A stretch of DNA of 11,878 bases, from positions 1 to 11,878 of the forward strand of contig CAZBPC010000098.1 in NCBI GenBank assembly GCA_964493715.1. The letters run 5' to 3'. The translations under genes were made by a program, and so were the position numbers. This DNA comes from an uncultured archaeon. GTDB lineage: Archaea > Asgardarchaeota > Lokiarchaeia > Sigyniarchaeales > SOKP01. Position 1 is the stretch's first letter. Each line of letters starts with the position of its first letter. The notes under the pieces are model-generated. The model did no database searches and was not told the DNA's origin. It saw nothing but the letters and a program-made list of their open reading frames with translations. Shown here one piece after another: positions 1 to 8,827 of this stretch.

Positions 1-1077
1 CGTGGACGAATGAACATTCTTAAGAGCGTATTGGAAGGGAAGTTACCATTAAGCAAGGAGTTAGCTGAATTCGTATATCAATGCACTGAATGTGGAAATT
101 GTACAGAAGTGTGCCACATGAGCCAAAATGAGAATATTATCCTACCAACGAGTAAATGGATAGATCACGTGCGCGTTTGGGACGCATTGAGAAAGGATTT
201 AGTTGAAGCGGGATTCGCTCCTCTTGATCGCCATGCTAAATTACGGGATTACATGTTAGATGATGAAATGAAAAATCCTTATGGTGAATCAAAGAAAAAT
301 AAATATAAATGGACAGAAGGCTTGTCCAATATAAAAGATAAGGGGGAAATAGGTTTTTTCGCAGGTTGTACAATGCCATTACGGCAAGCAGATACGCTCA
401 GAAATATGATGAAAATATTTGAAGCTGCTGGAAAGGAGATCGCACTATTTAAGGATGATTGGTGTTGTGGATCAATAGCCCTGAGATTAGGAGATGAGCA
501 ATCCGTTAAGGATCTAATGAATCACAATGTGGAAAACATCAAGAAAATGGGTATAAAAACTTTATTTACGGCATGTGCAGGATGTTATCGAACCATTAAA
601 AAGGATTATCCAGAAATCTTGGGAGAAGAATTGCCATTTGAGGTAAAACATATAACTGAGATCTTGAATGAGATGTTAAAAAATGATGAGATTCCATTTA
701 AAGCAGTAGAAGGTGAAGAGTTACTCGTTACGTATCATGATCCTTGTCATTTAGGGCGACATATGAATTTATATGATATTCCACGAGATGTAATTAGGAA
801 GCTCCCTGGAATAAGGTTAATCGAGATGAGAAGAAATCGGAATAATGCTTGGTGTTGCGGAGCGGGAGGGGGGGTTAAGAGCCAGTACCCTGAACTAGCA
901 ATTGACATTTCTAAGGAACGAGTAATGGAAGCCATTGAATCTGGAGCTAATATTTTAACAACTAGTTGTCCATTCTGTATAGGAAATCTAAGAGATGCTT
1001 ATGAACAAATGGATGCTCAGATAAAAGAGAAAATTCAAGTTGTCGATCTCATCGATTTTATCTCTTCTAGATTGTGA
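1..1077 (+). CDS. Fe-S oxidoreductase, HdrD/GlpC family (4Fe-4S dicluster + two CCG domains), 5'-truncated
   Basis: CTECGNCTEVC ferredoxin-type motif; first CCG domain (FFAGC, WCCG, TACAGC) and second CCG domain (YHDPCHLGR, WCCGAGGG, TSCPFC). Frame is open from base 1 (CGT GGA CGA = RGR, the motif that normally follows the first Fe-S motif), so ATG 10 is probably internal. Confidence 0.93.
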   Translation, partial: RGRMNILKSVLEGKLPLSKELAEFVYQCTECGNCTEVCHMSQNENIILPTSKWIDHVRVWDALRKDLVEAGFAPLDRHAKLRDYMLDDEMKNPYGESKKNKYKWTEGLSNIKDKGEIGFFAGCTMPLRQADTLRNMMKIFEAAGKEIALFKDDWCCGSIALRLGDEQSVKDLMNHNVENIKKMGIKTLFTACAGCYRTIKKDYPEILGEELPFEVKHITEILNEMLKNDEIPFKAVEGEELLVTYHDPCHLGRHMNLYDIPRDVIRKLPGIRLIEMRRNRNNAWCCGAGGGVKSQYPELAIDISKERVMEAIESGANILTTSCPFCIGNLRDAYEQMDAQIKEKIQVVDLIDFISSRL

Positions 1078-1218
1078 ATCATTCCTAAATCTGTGGTGAA
1101 AGATGACAAGTATCTATGAAAAATTAAAAAATGTTGTTTTAGATAAATTTTTTTCAAATGATATAAATGTACGTTATGTTTATTCCCGTAATTTTTGGAA
1201 ATAAGAAGAAATGAAATC

Positions 1219-1527
1219 ATGTTGACTAAAAGAAGTGATTTGGAACGAAATGTCGGCAAGAAAGTAAAAATTCAAGGCAAGATTTCTAATGTAATGTGGC
1301 AACATTTTACAATGAAAACTATTAACCATCCATATATGAATTATATTGATCTAGATGAAACTCTTCAAATTGTCGTGTATTCTAAGGAAGAGATCACTTG
1401 TAAAACTAATGTTGAGTTAATAGGAGAACTCATTAAAGTTGGAAATAAGGAAAATGATCCCAGATATAAAATTCACGATGAATTTTTTGAATATCAATTA
1501 ATAGTTGATTCTTGGAAATGTATTTAG
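1219..1527 (+). CDS. Small hypothetical protein, possible OB-fold
   Basis: ATG 1219 preferred over TTG 1195. Pattern GKKVKIQGKI...YIDLD...IVVYS...VELIGELI...YQLIVDSW is an alternating beta-strand pattern reminiscent of OB folds; the fold call is inference. Confidence 0.65.
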   Translation: MLTKRSDLERNVGKKVKIQGKISNVMWQHFTMKTINHPYMNYIDLDETLQIVVYSKEEITCKTNVELIGELIKVGNKENDPRYKIHDEFFEYQLIVDSWKCI

Positions 1528-1626
1528 ATGTTTTAATAAATTTATGATAAATATAAGCTAGAGGTTATTTTCTCTTCGATAAACCAAGATTAATTAATCC
1601 TCAAATTCCATATTTGAACGGAAAAA

Positions 1627-2829
1627 TTAAAGTGAAAGTATTATTCTATTCTGAGCTTTCAACATGTCTTCCATAATTAATTTCATCGCAGCTGTTATCT
1701 CAGGTATATTATCTGGGAGGCTACGTTTAGCATTCACACTCGCCATTAATATTTCATTTAACCCTCTCAGTATCATATCTGAAGAGTACCATGGTCTTTT
1801 TGATGCCCACCATTGCTGACATGAATGTATCCCTCGATCTAATAAATTTCTTGCATTGTCATAAATACTTTTCCTTTCCGCATCCATGCTTTCTCGATAT
1901 TTGTATGATAAATGAATTAAAGTAAGAGCATACATAAAAAATCTATGTTGTTCAAAATGGATTTGATTATTCGGGTCAGACCATAAGGGGAACGGGACAT
2001 TATGAGCTAAATCATAAGGCATTGTTGACCAGCTAGATTCACGGGGGTTTTGAGTTCCTCCTGCAGGGAATCTATCAATAATCTCCGAAACCGTACACAT
2101 TTTAACATCTTGCCGACTAGGTACATTCCTAAATAAAGGGATTAAGAAGTTTTCAATAGCGTGCTTAACATGGTGACCAAATGTTTCTCCATCCATAGCT
2201 ATAACAACATAATAGTCATCAGAAGTATTCTTGTAATAGAGGCGCTTTATAAATTCGTCAACAGTATTAACTTTATCAAACGCACAATCAATAGAAATGT
2301 AGTCATCCCGAAAAATAAATTTCAAGCCATTTTGATCTTGAGATACAGTTGTGGTGGGAAACTCTGGTAATGTATTTGCAATTCCACTCATAATTATCCA
2401 TTCATAACCCATTTTTCGCACTGCAGATATAACGCTCTCTGATATTGCCATTTCGGGAGGAAAAAATCCCTTCGGTTTAAACACATCCCCAAAAAAAAAT
2501 CTATTAGTTTCTTCATTAAGCTTTATTTGACGCTCAATTTCAGGTTCTGGGATTAGAGGTAATAAAGGATGGAATTTTCCCGACCCTGTAAACTCAATTT
2601 GACCTTTAGATGCAAGTGTGGCAATCCCTTCAATAATATCATTATACTCAAAATCGTGTAATTGTTCAGTTAAAGTACCATTGATATTAAGCGTGATTTT
2701 AGCGTCCGGATGAGTTCTTAGGGCATCAAGTATAGGTCTATAGGACTCATTTACGATCTGTTTAACAACAAGTGGAATTTGCACGGGGGGTTGATAAATA
2801 TGAAATAAGAATGCAAAATAAACAACCAT
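1627..2829 (-). CDS. Glycoside hydrolase family 57 (alpha-amylase/amylopullulanase-like)
   Basis: GH57 conserved regions: FHIYQP, EFTGSGKFHPLLPLI, GFFPPEMA (nucleophile Glu), AMDGETFGHH (acid/base Asp), ESSW, HSCQQWW. Confidence 0.93.
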   Translation of the reverse strand: MVVYFAFLFHIYQPPVQIPLVVKQIVNESYRPILDALRTHPDAKITLNINGTLTEQLHDFEYNDIIEGIATLASKGQIEFTGSGKFHPLLPLIPEPEIERQIKLNEETNRFFFGDVFKPKGFFPPEMAISESVISAVRKMGYEWIIMSGIANTLPEFPTTTVSQDQNGLKFIFRDDYISIDCAFDKVNTVDEFIKRLYYKNTSDDYYVVIAMDGETFGHHVKHAIENFLIPLFRNVPSRQDVKMCTVSEIIDRFPAGGTQNPRESSWSTMPYDLAHNVPFPLWSDPNNQIHFEQHRFFMYALTLIHLSYKYRESMDAERKSIYDNARNLLDRGIHSCQQWWASKRPWYSSDMILRGLNEILMASVNAKRSLPDNIPEITAAMKLIMEDMLKAQNRIILSL

Positions 2830-2864
2830 ATAATTAGGAATATTCCATTTTTTTTAAGCTATTT

Positions 2865-2880
2865 AGGTTTATATATAATT
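2865..2880 (-). promoter_or_regulatory. Putative TATA box for the GH57 gene
   Basis: Minus strand reads AATTATATATAAACCT about 40-50 nt upstream of the ATG at 2829; AT-rich background lowers certainty. Confidence 0.35.
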
Positions 2881-2990
2881 TATAAAATTGGAATCTTCTT
2901 ATAGCTTTGAGAATTGGAGATGACTACTTTTGGGGAACTTAGTTTGTATTAATTTTTTTAATTAATTTAAGGTTTATATAAAATAGAAGT

Positions 2991-3995
2991 TTATGATCTT
3001 AGCTTATATGACTCTAAGATAAATTCCACGGCTCTCTTACCATCATGAAAATTAGGATTTTCTTGATTTTTATTTAATACGCAACTCACAAAATGATCAA
3101 TTAATTTATGTTGCGGAATTATATTCACATTATAGTCTACTCCCAGAGCTTCCTTAAGACATGTATTCTTTTTCAATTTTTGAGGTTGAAAAGTGTAAGG
3201 GGTGCTGGATTGCAAATCTATTTTTAAAGTTCCTTCAGATCCAAATAATTCTAAAATTTCTGATGGTTCAGAACACCATGAAACCGTAATGTTCCCAAGA
3301 GTTCCATTATTGAATCTAAAAATTACATTGCAATTATCTTCATATTTAATCTTTTTACAACTGGTATTATAGTTGTATCCACCTATTTCAGTAAATTCTC
3401 CTATAAGATATCGAAGTAAATCTATGCAATGTACTCCCAAATCTAATAAAACACCTCCGCCTGCCATTTTAGCATCAAAAAACCATTTTTGTTCCGAAGA
3501 TGCATGCCATGACGTATAAGGTCCACGATGCCCAAAAAAGTATCGAACTAAATGAATATCTCCAAGAACTTTGTTTTCTATTATTTTTTTGATATAGGGA
3601 ACAACAATCATATACCTTTTCTGAAAAGACGAGAAATAAATCAATTCTTTCTTTCTTAAAATATTTTCTATATCATTTAATTCTGTTTTAGTGATTGCTA
3701 TTGGTTTTTCACAAATTACATTACAATTATTTTCTAAAGCTGTTATGCTCATTAGTGCGTGCAAATAATTAGGTGAACAAATTGAAACTATATCTAAATT
3801 CTGTTCTTGTAACATGTTTTTCCAAGAATTTCCCCAATAAACACGTGGAATTTCAAATTTATCTGCCGTTTTTTTTGCACTTTGCTCAGATCGGGAAGCA
3901 ATGGCAACTATATCACAATTAACATTTTTTTTATACCCTGATAAATGAAAGTATCCAAAACTACCAGCGCCTATTAATCCTACTTTAAGCTTCAT
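2991..3995 (-). CDS. Gfo/Idh/MocA family NAD(P)-dependent oxidoreductase
   Basis: Rossmann KVGLIGAGSFG, ICSPNYLH, CEKP motif, GGGVLLDLGVHCID catalytic DxxxH, C-terminal FHDGKRAVE. Confidence 0.95.
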   Translation of the reverse strand: MKLKVGLIGAGSFGYFHLSGYKKNVNCDIVAIASRSEQSAKKTADKFEIPRVYWGNSWKNMLQEQNLDIVSICSPNYLHALMSITALENNCNVICEKPIAITKTELNDIENILRKKELIYFSSFQKRYMIVVPYIKKIIENKVLGDIHLVRYFFGHRGPYTSWHASSEQKWFFDAKMAGGGVLLDLGVHCIDLLRYLIGEFTEIGGYNYNTSCKKIKYEDNCNVIFRFNNGTLGNITVSWCSEPSEILELFGSEGTLKIDLQSSTPYTFQPQKLKKNTCLKEALGVDYNVNIIPQHKLIDHFVSCVLNKNQENPNFHDGKRAVEFILESYKLRS

Positions 3996-4014
3996 GATTT
4001 TCTACTATTTAATT

Positions 4015-4038
4015 TATTCTTTAAATCTTTAAAGAATA
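4015..4038. promoter_or_regulatory. Perfect inverted repeat (11-bp arms, 2-nt spacer), candidate operator in a divergent promoter
   Basis: TATTCTTTAAA-TC-TTTAAAGAATA, 20 nt upstream of the oxidoreductase start codon. Confidence 0.5.
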
Positions 4039-4146
4039 TGTACTCATTAATTTTTAGTTTTAATTAAAATAGTTTAAAATGAGGAAAGTATTATCATTTT
4101 GCAAAATATCTCATTTTAGATTTTGGTGATAATAATTACTGATTAT

Positions 4147-6522
4147 ATGTTAGAACGTGGGAATTTTAGAGTATTGCTATCCGAAGAAGATAATATCATT
4201 AATGAAAATCTTCAATATAAGCTTAAAGATGAATGGATCCCAATTCTAAGCAATATCTCTGGATTTAGTACGTTACAAATGACTGAAAAGGATGAAATTA
4301 TCAGTAAAAAGTACAATTTCCTAAAGAGTAAAAAGAAAAAAATTTACTTCCATCTAAATGATGAAGATTTTGATATGAAATTGGATTATTGTCTGGAAGA
4401 AGATAATATCCTCCATGTTCGGTATCAAATCTTTGCAAACCGAAATTTATTTTTCTCCAAATTAGGTGTAAAATATCAGATCTTATTGAAAGAAAATCCA
4501 GATTTCAGTTGGGTGCCACATCTTTGCCCAAATGAATCATTGGTTGTTGGAGATCATGTATTCCGCTCACCAGTGATAATATATAAAAAAAATAATCTTG
4601 CTTTTGCATTTTTCCCAGATCTTAAGACTTTAACTCAAAATAGACCTTTACAAACTTTCTTAGGTATGAACCTCGATACCACTGATAAAAAAATACCCTA
4701 TATTTCTTATAATTTTGGTAATTATCATCCTTATAGGCACGTTTTATTTAAACATAAGAAATCTCAATCTTTTAAAGTTAAAAAACTAACTAATTTAACA
4801 TTCCGATATTACATAATCAGTTTTGAAGACAAAAAAGAATCAGAGATAATCCAATTCATCAATAAATTCTTATGGGAGAAATATGGAAGACGTTTGTTTT
4901 ATGAAAATTTAGAGCCCCAAGTGCTCCCTTATGATGTAAATGTAAAAGAAGGATTAGACGCATTATTTAATAGACACTCCTTATGGGGTGATCTAAAGAT
5001 CAATGATACCGAAGCAGGAGGTTTTTGGGTGGGATCTTGGTTAGGCAATGAAAAATTTCCCCTTAAATTCTTTAATCAATCTAATATTGACGAATTTAAA
5101 AATAATTTCAACAAAAAGAATAAATCTGCAGCCATTTATAATAATGCTTGGTTCCTAAATATAAGAACTAGCTATGGAATGAGATATTTTGGAGAATTTT
5201 GGGATAATAAAGATCTTATTGCAAAGAGTAAAGCAATGCAAAATTTAATCATTCAATTACCTCGAAGAAACGGGATTTTTCCTAGTATAATTTTACCTAG
5301 TTCGAATAATACATCTGAATATTTAACAGTGAATGGCACTAAAGCATGGTGGCCGATCGATTATTTTCATGTGGTGGATGCTGCATTATCAATGTATTGG
5401 CTAAATAAGATTGTAATTGATTTTAATGATAAAAACGAAGATATCATGGAAAAGAGCAAAGAATTGGCAAGTCTAATAAAGAACATTCAGTTAACAAATG
5501 GAGAAATTCCGACCTTTATAGATTTTGATAAGAATGGAGATCCAATTATAATAGATGATTTGAAGAATTCTGCAAGTTCTGGAGCTTCATTAATGTTCCT
5601 AACAGAATATTACCATATTTCACGAGATGAAACATTAATTGAAATAAGTGAAAAAATTGCTAATTTTTTGTCAAAGGAAATTATCCCTAAAAATAAATGG
5701 TTTGATTTTGAAGCGTTTTATTCCTGCACTTATCCTCAAAAATATGTATATGATGAAAGAACTCATAGTTTTGTCATGAATAATCTTTCTATTTATTGGT
5801 GTGCAGAAGGTTTTCTTGGGTTATACAAGATTACAAAAAAGAAAAAATATCTAGATGATGGAGAGAGGGTGCTTAACGTTTTGTCACTATTTCAACAGGT
5901 TTGGAACATGCCATATATAAGTTTTAATACCTTTGGAGGATTTGGTGTGCAAAATGCTGATGCAGAACTAAATGACGCACGACAGGGGTTGTTTGTTAAA
6001 ACCTATATGGAATATTATTTAGACACTGGAAAATGGGAATATATGGAGAGGGGAATTGCAGCTTTACGAGCATCTTGGGCATTACAATTATTAAAAGAAT
6101 ATAGTAACATATGTCCTGGAAATTTAAAGGGAATTGACACCATTGAAGGGATTGATAAAGGATGCATTAGCGAAAATTATGGTCATTCTGGACGGGACGA
6201 AAGAATTCCTGGATTTATTACGTTCGATTGGGGTGTAGGAACTGCAATTTTGGCAACTTCATATGCAAGAAAGCATTTCGGGGATCTATTTGTAGATTTT
6301 AAATATGAATTTGTCTTTGGAATTGATGGGATTCTAATAAAGAAGTTTAATTTTGATAAGAATAGAGTTAGTATTGAATTTGAAAATATTAGAGGAAAAG
6401 AAGAAATTATAATTAAAGGAAGGATTCTATCATCAATTCAAATTGAATTAGTCTTAAATAATAACCCGCTTCAAATTGAAAACGTCCAAAATTTACTTGA
6501 AGGATTAATATATAGATTATAA
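4147..6522 (+). CDS. Large uncharacterised protein; beta-rich N-terminal part plus probable (alpha/alpha)-toroid, six-hairpin glycosidase-like domain
   Basis: Long ORF, ATG 4147 preferred over TTG 4123. Repeated helix-pair patterns (LIKNIQLTNGEIP, FLTEYYHISRDETLIEISEKIANFL, FLGLYKITKKKKYLDDGERVL, YMEYYLDTGKWEYMERG) with aromatic/acidic loops (WFDFEAFYSC, QNADAELNDARQ, ENYGHSG, FDWGVG). No signal peptide visible. Confidence 0.7.
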   Translation: MLERGNFRVLLSEEDNIINENLQYKLKDEWIPILSNISGFSTLQMTEKDEIISKKYNFLKSKKKKIYFHLNDEDFDMKLDYCLEEDNILHVRYQIFANRNLFFSKLGVKYQILLKENPDFSWVPHLCPNESLVVGDHVFRSPVIIYKKNNLAFAFFPDLKTLTQNRPLQTFLGMNLDTTDKKIPYISYNFGNYHPYRHVLFKHKKSQSFKVKKLTNLTFRYYIISFEDKKESEIIQFINKFLWEKYGRRLFYENLEPQVLPYDVNVKEGLDALFNRHSLWGDLKINDTEAGGFWVGSWLGNEKFPLKFFNQSNIDEFKNNFNKKNKSAAIYNNAWFLNIRTSYGMRYFGEFWDNKDLIAKSKAMQNLIIQLPRRNGIFPSIILPSSNNTSEYLTVNGTKAWWPIDYFHVVDAALSMYWLNKIVIDFNDKNEDIMEKSKELASLIKNIQLTNGEIPTFIDFDKNGDPIIIDDLKNSASSGASLMFLTEYYHISRDETLIEISEKIANFLSKEIIPKNKWFDFEAFYSCTYPQKYVYDERTHSFVMNNLSIYWCAEGFLGLYKITKKKKYLDDGERVLNVLSLFQQVWNMPYISFNTFGGFGVQNADAELNDARQGLFVKTYMEYYLDTGKWEYMERGIAALRASWALQLLKEYSNICPGNLKGIDTIEGIDKGCISENYGHSGRDERIPGFITFDWGVGTAILATSYARKHFGDLFVDFKYEFVFGIDGILIKKFNFDKNRVSIEFENIRGKEEIIIKGRILSSIQIELVLNNNPLQIENVQNLLEGLIYRL

Positions 6523-6530
6523 ATAAATTA

Positions 6531-7010
6531 CTATCTCTCGTTGATTTGATTGCCAAATTTCATGGCATTTTTAACTCCGATCCAAAATAGCTTTCGAAAT
6601 CTAGCTTGATCAATTACTTGAGCACCTACTCCCTCAACTTTTGCTTTCATGTAATCAAGAGATTTTTTACCTGTAAAACGCGCCGTGTTAAAAACTATTG
6701 TTTTTTTTCCATTAAAATTTTTCATTCTTTTCACAATTTCATCAAAAGCTTTAGGGGGTTTATCTCCATAAGTTGGCATGCCGATAATGATTAAATCATA
6801 AATTGCAGCGTCGAGGCTATCAAATCCAGAGTCGATTTCCGAAAAATCACCATGCTCGAATTTATCTAATTTTTTTATTTTTTCTATAAATTTACCCGTT
6901 AGTTCCATCGGAAAGTAGCTCACTTCATAATTAGTTAGGACACTTCCAATAGCCTCTGCAGTTTTTTTTGTTCTACCGCTCATTGTAAAATATGTAATTA
7001 ATGTTTTCAT
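6531..7010 (-). CDS. Flavodoxin-like protein
   Basis: FMN phosphate loop YFTMSGRTKKTAEAI, YDLIIIGMPTYG, KKTIVFNT; ATG 7010 preferred as start. Confidence 0.88.
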   Translation of the reverse strand: MKTLITYFTMSGRTKKTAEAIGSVLTNYEVSYFPMELTGKFIEKIKKLDKFEHGDFSEIDSGFDSLDAAIYDLIIIGMPTYGDKPPKAFDEIVKRMKNFNGKKTIVFNTARFTGKKSLDYMKAKVEGVGAQVIDQARFRKLFWIGVKNAMKFGNQINER

Positions 7011-7124
7011 AATCAAAATATGTTTTCTTATGAATAAAAAATTTTAGACTATCATTTTAATCTCTTTAGAGCCCTTAAGTACTGTTTTAATAATCTTCTA
7101 ATGTGATTATTATTTTTAATCCAT

Positions 7125-7787
7125 ATGGAAGATATGAAACCTTACTTATGTGTAAGCGAACTCTTTGATTATGATAAAGAGATTGTAAATGAAAAAGCTC
7201 TTGAAATAACTCAAAATTCGAAAAATGATGCTGAAAAAGCCTCAGCTTTATTCTACTGGGTACGAAATGAGATTAAATATAATATGAAGACATATTTACC
7301 AAATGATAAAACAAACTTCATAGCGAGTGAAACTTTGAAACGTAAGCACGGTTTTTGTGTTTCTAAATCAATTCTTTTATCCACTTTTGCCCGAACAGTG
7401 AATATACCGGCTAGAATCCATCTCGTTGATTTGATTAATCACAAAATTTCACAAAAAGTCATTGATTTCATGGAAACAGATGTGATGTACTATCATGGAT
7501 ATAGTGAACTATTTTTTAATAATAAATGGGTAAAACTAACTCCTTCTTTTGATCCCGATACAGCTATTAAAGGGGGGTTCATTCCAATGGTAGAGTTTGA
7601 TGGAGAAAATGATGCTGTCTTTCCCAAATTTGACCATGATGGAAACAAATATGGAGAATATATCTTGGATCGGGGCGTGCATGCTGATCTTCCACTTGAT
7701 GAGATTGATGTTGTATTTGAGAAGTATTATCCAAAATACGCCATTTTGAAACAAATGCTGCAAAAAAGAAAGAAAAAAGCTAATTAA
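7125..7787 (+). CDS. Transglutaminase-like (putative cysteine protease) domain protein
   Basis: ALFYWVRNEIKY, GFCVSKSILL (catalytic Cys), ARTVNIPAR, YHGYSEL (His), WVKLTPSFD. Confidence 0.92.
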   Translation: MEDMKPYLCVSELFDYDKEIVNEKALEITQNSKNDAEKASALFYWVRNEIKYNMKTYLPNDKTNFIASETLKRKHGFCVSKSILLSTFARTVNIPARIHLVDLINHKISQKVIDFMETDVMYYHGYSELFFNNKWVKLTPSFDPDTAIKGGFIPMVEFDGENDAVFPKFDHDGNKYGEYILDRGVHADLPLDEIDVVFEKYYPKYAILKQMLQKRKKKAN

Positions 7788-7886
7788 TAATATTATACAA
7801 CAAAAATAAATATTTAAAATGAAACCGTAACTAACTTAAAATAATTGAATAAAATAATTTGATTTTATAGCATAGGATTTGATTAT

Positions 7887-8810
7887 ATGTCTCCACAAGC
7901 AATTTTTCTTTATGAAATTGATGAATCATTCGGCCCCAATATGTTAGCTGAATATAATTTATCTCAACAAAAAATTCCTCCTGATGTTCTAAAAGATTTT
8001 ACAGATAAACACGTAACTAAAGAGTTTAATGACGCTTCTACTCAGAAAGATAATATAAGATATTATTCAGGAGCTATTAGCGGAGAATCAATCGAAAAAA
8101 AGAATTTATATTTAGGATTTGCCTTGAAAGATGATGAAAATGTTATCTTCATTAAAAGTGCTTTTGGAATAATTCAAGAAAGAATATTGAAAAATTATTC
8201 CACCGAGAGGAAAGTGATGGATTTAGTTCTTAAGGATGCTTTCAATTCCATCCTAACTTTAATGGATAAATTAAAAGAACCAAAGATTATTATTGAAACA
8301 ATAAATGAAAAAACAAAAGAAATGTTGGATGATGGTAAGTTACAAGAAGCACGAGAGTTGATCAATTTAGGAGAAGAGATACCTGAAAAGCTCGCTGAAG
8401 AAATCACGATTGCTGAACAATCACTACGGGAAAAGCTCTATAAAAAAGCTAAAAAAAGCTACTTAAAAGCTGCTGAACTGGCAGAGATAATTCAAGAATC
8501 TGAAATAGCATCATTTTTAATTCACAAAGCAGAAGTAGTCGGAACATTCCCAGATTTATCTAAAGAACGAGAACGAATTTTTAATGACGTTGAAAAAGCT
8601 ATTGATGAATTACAAACTAATAAATTGCATCTATATCATGAAATGATTAAACCTCTTAACAGGTTAATTGAAGTTTCAAGTGCATTTGAAGATAATGAGC
8701 TTATAGCAAAACTACTTGATATTTATTCCTATTCTACTCGTGCGGATAAGTTAGCAAAAGAATTATTTAATTTAGATAAAAAGATTAAAGAAGAATTTGA
8801 ATCTATTTGA
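7887..8810 (+). CDS. Hypothetical protein with N-terminal longin/uDENN-like domain and C-terminal helical (TPR-like) region
   Basis: N-terminus AIFLYEIDESFGPNMLAEY has the strand-turn-GP-strand signature of uDENN/longin domains, followed by helix, further strands (IRYYSGAI, NLYLGFAL) and helices; the C-terminal half is charged and helical (LYKKAKKSYLKAAELAE). Confidence 0.65.
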   Translation: MSPQAIFLYEIDESFGPNMLAEYNLSQQKIPPDVLKDFTDKHVTKEFNDASTQKDNIRYYSGAISGESIEKKNLYLGFALKDDENVIFIKSAFGIIQERILKNYSTERKVMDLVLKDAFNSILTLMDKLKEPKIIIETINEKTKEMLDDGKLQEARELINLGEEIPEKLAEEITIAEQSLREKLYKKAKKSYLKAAELAEIIQESEIASFLIHKAEVVGTFPDLSKERERIFNDVEKAIDELQTNKLHLYHEMIKPLNRLIEVSSAFEDNELIAKLLDIYSYSTRADKLAKELFNLDKKIKEEFESI

Positions 8811-8827
8811 TTCTTTTTTTATTTTTT
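8811..8827 (+). terminator. Oligo-T tract, archaeal-type terminator between convergent genes
   Basis: TTCTTTTTTTATTTTTT immediately after the stop at 8810. Confidence 0.5.

Noticed and set aside
1075-1165. Selenocysteine readthrough of the Fe-S gene's TGA with a downstream SECIS
   Set aside because: The TGA falls at the normal end of the second CCG domain; readthrough meets another TGA and then TAA with no meaningful sequence, and I could not build a convincing SECIS stem.
747-1259. Minus-strand ORFs 747-935 and 1035-1259
   Set aside because: Antisense to or overlapping well-supported genes; no recognisable motifs.
2161-2370. 69-aa plus-strand ORF
   Set aside because: Shadow ORF inside GH57.
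6606-8407. Short ORFs 6606-6794, 7536-7763 and 8195-8407
   Set aside because: Antisense shadows of the flavodoxin, transglutaminase-like and longin-like genes.
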